64,000 nt of DNA from Utricularia gibba (lineage: Eukaryota; Plantae; Magnoliophyta): the NCBI GenBank assembly GCA_002189035.1, contig NEEC01000012.1, positions 930,001 through 994,000 on the forward strand. The letters run 5' to 3'. The notes under the pieces were generated by a model. The model was not told the DNA's origin. It saw only the letters and a program-made list of their open reading frames with translations, and ran no database searches. The position numbers and the translations under genes are program-made. Position 1 is the first letter of the stretch. Every line of letters begins with the position of its first letter. Of this stretch, positions 59,310 to 64,000 are shown in pieces.

Positions 59310-61283
59310 AATATCTTAAGCAAATTTGCGTGTCATTCCTGTGCTAACGCTCAGGTATTGAAGACTCATTTCTCATCTCTTTTAACTACTAGAGAAACTT
59401 CATAAACGCATTATTATGGCGTAATTTCCTCCTCAATAATGTGGAGAAGGCCCGTCCAACCTCAAAGCGGCTGCCTCCTATGATCTTCAAATCACCAACT
59501 CCATTCCTTGAGCAGAACAGCCGCTTGATATGTCACACGAATTACGTGTTGAACCACAGCATTTTAAGTTCAAATCTCCAAGAAGCCTTAAAAGAAGCAT
59601 AATCTTCCTCAAGATCACCATTCAAGAATGCAGGCTTCACATCAAACGGACATATAGTCCATTTAAAACAGCAATGAATACACACATAGTATCAAATCAT
59701 GCAATCGGAGCAAATGTATCAAGGTACATCACCTTCAATCTGATCATATCCTTAACAACTAATATTGATTTATATTTTCTAAGAGTGACATTAGAATTTA
59801 ATTTACTCTGGAAGATCTTTTTCAAATTTTCCTGCTTTGGGGAATATCAACAAGTTACTCCCAAGTGTTATACTTGTTTCTCATTGTCAGCTCCTCGTCC
59901 ATCGTAGCCTTCCAGATAGGAGATGACAAAGTTTCGGATATATTTGACGGTTCAAGAGACAGATTATATTTTTCAGTAACATCATATAGCCTCTGAGAGC
60001 ACTGAACAAGAGTAAAATCATGTCGATGAGGATCCAAATCATATTCATAATGCGGCTTGACAGTTGTTTCCGAGTGATAAACAACTCGAGGCATCTGAGT
60101 ACTGGTAGACAATTCAGCAGCAGCATCATCATCATTAATACACATGAGGCATGCTCATTTCTTTCAAAATTCCAAAATGAATACATCAATTTGAAGAGAT
60201 CGACTCAGTAATTTGTTGGGTCAGAGGATTAAAAATTCTCTACCCTTTTGAACCACCACCATAACCAACTAGAATTCTAATAAATGCTCTGCTTGCAAGT
60301 GAGTTTCTTTCTATAACAGCTGGGAATGTAACAATAATTCCGAATACTTTCAAGAATTTAACAGATGGTATATAACCAAATAATTTCTCAAAAGGTGTCG
60401 AAAATGTGATGGCCTTGTAAGGTAAACAAATTTGCAAGAATGCAAAAATGGATGCAACTTTAGCTCTTAGATGATGAGGAAGCTTTTTATTTTCATGCTG
60501 TAAGCAACACGTCATATTGAGAATACTTCTGTTTTTCCCGTCAAAACATCATTCTATTGAGGATTGTATGGGACAAGCAAATGATGCTTTATTCCAAATT
60601 CCCTCAGTCAAGTCTTGAAAGTATTTTTTGAAAACTCATTATCGTTTTTGAAAAAAATTAATAACTAGACAAATTTGTCTCTCAACGTAGACTTTGAAGT
60701 CTTTAAATGCAGCCAACACCTCAGATGTTAGAAAGAAAATATATCCAAGAAAATTACTACTATTCAATGATTCTTCAGGGAGTGATCCACAAAGATCGCT
60801 ATGAATCAATTCCAACTTATTACTAACCATAAGATAAAAGGGATTTCATTTTAGTTTGCCATCTTGACATGTAGAGCAGATGTTGGGAAAGCCAGGATTA
60901 AAGAAAGGCAGATCTCTTGCCAAGTCTTTATTTAGGATCATTTTAACGTAAGGGGGACTGATGTGTTCAAATCTCTTGTACCATAAAGTAGCAGCATCAC
61001 TGGTGTTTGCTGGAAACGCATTAAAATTAAGCACAAAGTTCTCGTTGACTTCAGAGATAGAGAACAATCAATCTCACTTCTTGTCAAAAATTTGGCATAG
61101 TTGATCCTTAAATATAACAGAAAAATTATTCTTGGTTAATTGACAAACACTTAAGAGAGTTGCTCGAAGGCCAGGAACATATAAAGCATTTGCAAGTAAA
61201 CGTGATCCACAAGATGTTTTAATAATAATACCAATTCCTAGGGCATCCAGTATTACCGATACCCTTGACTTGAGAGCAAAAAG
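59310..61283 (-). mobile_element. Ty1/copia pol remnant (protease end, GAG-pre-integrase, integrase, RT, RNase H; deleted and frameshifted)
   Basis: ALYVPGLRATLLSV (protease), ATLWYKRFEHIS...CSTCQDGK, LELIHSDLCG, LASRAFIRILVGY and WKATMDEELT. Confidence 0.85.
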
Positions 61284-62614
61284 TGTTGGAGATCAAGCCG
61301 TGAAGCCTTTCTCAAATTCTCTAGTTATGGATAATGCAAAGCATGGATGAAAGAACCGTTATGCAACCTGTGAAGGAGAAGTTTATAAATCTTATCCATT
61401 AGTTGGTTATGTTTGGATAAACTTAACGTTAGGTGGTTATTTGTTATAAGTGTGTTGGTTGTAATAGAATGAGGTGTGATCCTTACGTTGAATGAATGAA
61501 CATCTTCTTCAACTGGTTCTTTGTCTTCCTTGCTGGAATATCAAACCTTCTTCCAACAATGTGGTATTAGAGCTTTATCAATCCTGCAAAAATGTCCACT
61601 CCTTAAAAAAGAGAATTTTGAGAAATGGCACCTGTGCATGAGAGCTTTACTTGGTGCATATGAAGTTTCGGATGTTATCACCAATGACTTACCATCAATT
61701 GCAAATGATGTATACAGAAACACAATAAGAAAGCCTTGTCATTGATCTATTAGGTCTTGAAGATAAAATGTTTGAAAAGATTGCAGGAGTAACCAATGCG
61801 AAGCAAGCATGGGATGCTTTGGTGGCTTCGTCTCAAAGGGCTGATAAGGCCAAAAGGGTGCGCTTACGAACATTAAGAGGAGAATTTGAAGCTATTCAAC
61901 AATTCCCAATGAGGGAATTACTGATTATATAATCAGAATTCAGGGGATAATAAACTAAATGAATCGCTTAGGAGAAAATGTGAATGACTCAAGTATTGTT
62001 GAGAAAATTTTACTCTCCTTGGATAAGAAATACAATCATATTGTCATTGCAATTGAAGAAGCCAATTATATTAATGAATTAACATTGGATGAACTTGATG
62101 GATTGCTCCAAGCATATGAGGAATGCTTGAAGTAACATGATGAGGCTGGTGCACAACTTCTACAGGTTAAAACCTTTGAGAGTGGAAAGACCACTTGAGA
62201 ATGAGGCAAGGGTCGAAGTCATGGCAGAGGTCGTGGAGTTGGATGCAGAACACGACCTCTACTGATCAGAACAATGAAAATATTGACGGTTCATGCAGTA
62301 GGGGCCGCTAGAATTGGAAAGGAAGGGGAGGAAGGAGAAATTAGGCCGAGACATTCAAACATGTTGATAAATCAAATGTTGATCATTATACTTGTCATCA
62401 GAAGGCTCATTATTCATCGGAATGCAAGAGTGATATTGAGAAGCAGTCTAGTGCTGTGCAAGAAATTCACAAAGTCACAGAAACTGAAACAAGCTCAACA
62501 ATTTTTCTTATGACATGCAGAGAAATTGCAGACTCATCCTTTGATTCCAATATTTGGTATTGGAATGCATACCTCAGCAGTCATATATGTGGAAATTAAT
62601 CATTATTTCATCAG
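61284..62614 (+). mobile_element. Ty1/copia 5' end: LTR 61284-61558, PBS 61562-61573, gag (disrupted)
   Basis: The LTR is bounded by TGTTGGA...TCCAACA. PBS tggtattagagc. Gag PLLKKENFEKWHLCMRALLGAYEV...AKQAWDAL...LRGEFE...EKILLSL. Confidence 0.88.
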
Positions 62615-64000
62615 TGTTAAGGGCGAAAATCAGTATGCTAGATTGGGCCGATTTTCGGGTTGTGAGTGGTACCGGAGGCATCGTTTCTTTCCGTCGTTTG
62701 TTCGATTTGCTCAAATGAAATGAAAGTAGGCGAGGATTTTTTACGTGGAAACCACTGTGAGGTGGAAAAACCACGGAGTTATTGGAGCTCACCGGAGAAA
62801 GTTTTTACTAGATGGAGATGATGGAGAAAGGTACAGGTTGGGAGGTTTTTTTTTATGTGCCCCTCCCATTGCTTCTCCCCTTTGTTCACTTTGTTCCCTC
62901 GCACGATCCCAGTGCTTTTCAAATCCCACTGTGCTCGTCCTCCACTCCACCGTCGTGAATCCCACCAGGATACAAGGTTTTCATAGGTATCGACCTATTC
63001 TTCCTCCTTTCCACTCAGTTTTGGATGTTGTGGTCACCTTATTTGTGTTTTTTGTTTCTAAGGGCTCCTTCCATTCATTCCCATTTCTATTTGTCGATTC
63101 TTTTGGTTTTGATGGGTAGAAAGTCTAGCGAGCTAAACATTTCCACGATTCGGGCAAAATACTCGATCCCTGGTGAGTATGTTGTCAATCAAGCCAGGGA
63201 TTGGCAGATTCCATGGGGGACGGGGAAGCGACCCCTCCCCTGATTTAGCCTTCCAATTCCCCTAGCTTATCTGGAAAGCAGTCTTCGCTTTCCTCTTCAT
63301 CTCCTCATTGCCCATTTCTTGAACATGTTCGCCACTCCTCTTTTTTGCCTTTCCCCCAATTCAATATTTTGTTTTACCACCTTTCTCTTCTATTTGGCGG
63401 GTTTGGACCCGAATCTGACCCTGGTGGATTTTTTCCAACTTTTTAAAGTCGCTGTCTGTAAAGCTAAACGTCCGATGCATGGTTTTTCTCACTTCCAATT
63501 TTGCCGGTTTGAGGATCACCCCGATTTCATTCTCAAAGCTCCCGATACTCACCATAATTGGTGGACATCCTTTGTTTGAGTTGCTCCTCCGTTTGGGGCT
63601 AGATGGAATTTTCCAATCAAACCCCCACTCCTTTTAAGATAAAACTTTTCAGTCGCTTTCGCCCTTCTAAAGACTCTCGTAGAGATGTATATCAGAGACT
63701 GGCTGAGTGTTCCGTTAGATTCGAGTTTTGAGCCTCAATGCTTTCGTATGCCACCTTATTGACATGTGGCATCGTCGGCTGTAATCAGGACGGGCAATGG
63801 CCCGATTTTCTTATTCCCCCAGGCTCCGCTTTGGAATATCGGCACCTCTTGCAGTCTCCATGTAATGTTCCTTCTAATCCAGCTGCACTCTCCAGCCCCG
63901 ACCCGATACCCCCTTTTCCTTCTGATCTGACTCTTCAGATGGGGAAGGCGATCGACGATGCCAACTCCGAAAAGGAAGACTTTAAGACGCATTCTGAGAA
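62615..64000 (-). mobile_element. Second Tat/Retand-like element 3' end (LTR plus antisense ORF starting at 63112 on +), running off the window
   Basis: tgttaagggcgaaaatc...aaaaaccacggag...tttactagatgg matches 37074-37300. MGRKSSELNISTIRAK...LESSLRFPLHLLI..CLSPNSIFCF matches 37606 onward. Confidence 0.85.

Noticed and set aside
59322-59345. U6 snRNA-like match (ggaatgacacgcaaatt on -)
   Set aside because: Only about 14 nt match, no other U6 sequence is present, and it lies in the last codons of the copia pol frame (GMTRKFA*).
61068-61558. Apparent single copia element with inverted halves
   Set aside because: Better explained as a + strand copia (LTR and PBS at 61284-61573) inserted into the protease of a - strand copia.
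1-64000. rRNA, tRNA genes and CRISPR arrays
   Set aside because: None seen; the tRNA-like matches are retrotransposon primer-binding sites only.

Overview
TE-dense eudicot plant DNA (asterid/Lamiales-like judging by the NLR type; inference). Four recognisable host genes lie among nested retrotransposon and DNA-transposon remnants. (1) A 3-exon USP/adenine-nucleotide alpha-hydrolase-like gene (+, 11119-11901), convergent with (2) an intact 5-exon UDP-galactose-transporter-like nucleotide-sugar transporter (-, 12213-13966). (3) An intronless 1096-aa CC-NB-ARC-LRR (R1B/RPP13-like) gene (-, 52170-55460), head-to-head with (4) a CYP94-like cytochrome P450 (+, 57096-58836). The NLR is the most unusual element: it has a ~36-aa N-terminal extension starting MGNCL (a likely lipidation signal), a degenerate Cys/His-rich first LRR half, and two tandem copies of the whole C-terminal LRR-plus-cap module. 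The CYP94-like gene carries two in-register introns, although the family is usually intronless. The USP and CYP genes each have a single 1-bp frameshift in a G5/C5 run, which suggests homopolymer errors in the assembly. An orphan three-exon gene 3' end encoding a C-terminal membrane anchor lies at 24554-26777. The TE landscape includes three TSD-flanked solo LTRs of one family (one nested in a same-family LTR), a multi-layer nest (chromovirus > copia > Tat/solo LTR/hAT) at ~31.4-51.1 kb, two Tat/Retand-like copies with an antisense extra ORF, an Athila fragment with an env-like ORF, and MULE, Tourist and hAT MITEs. All family names come from recognising motifs by eye; no database search was run.
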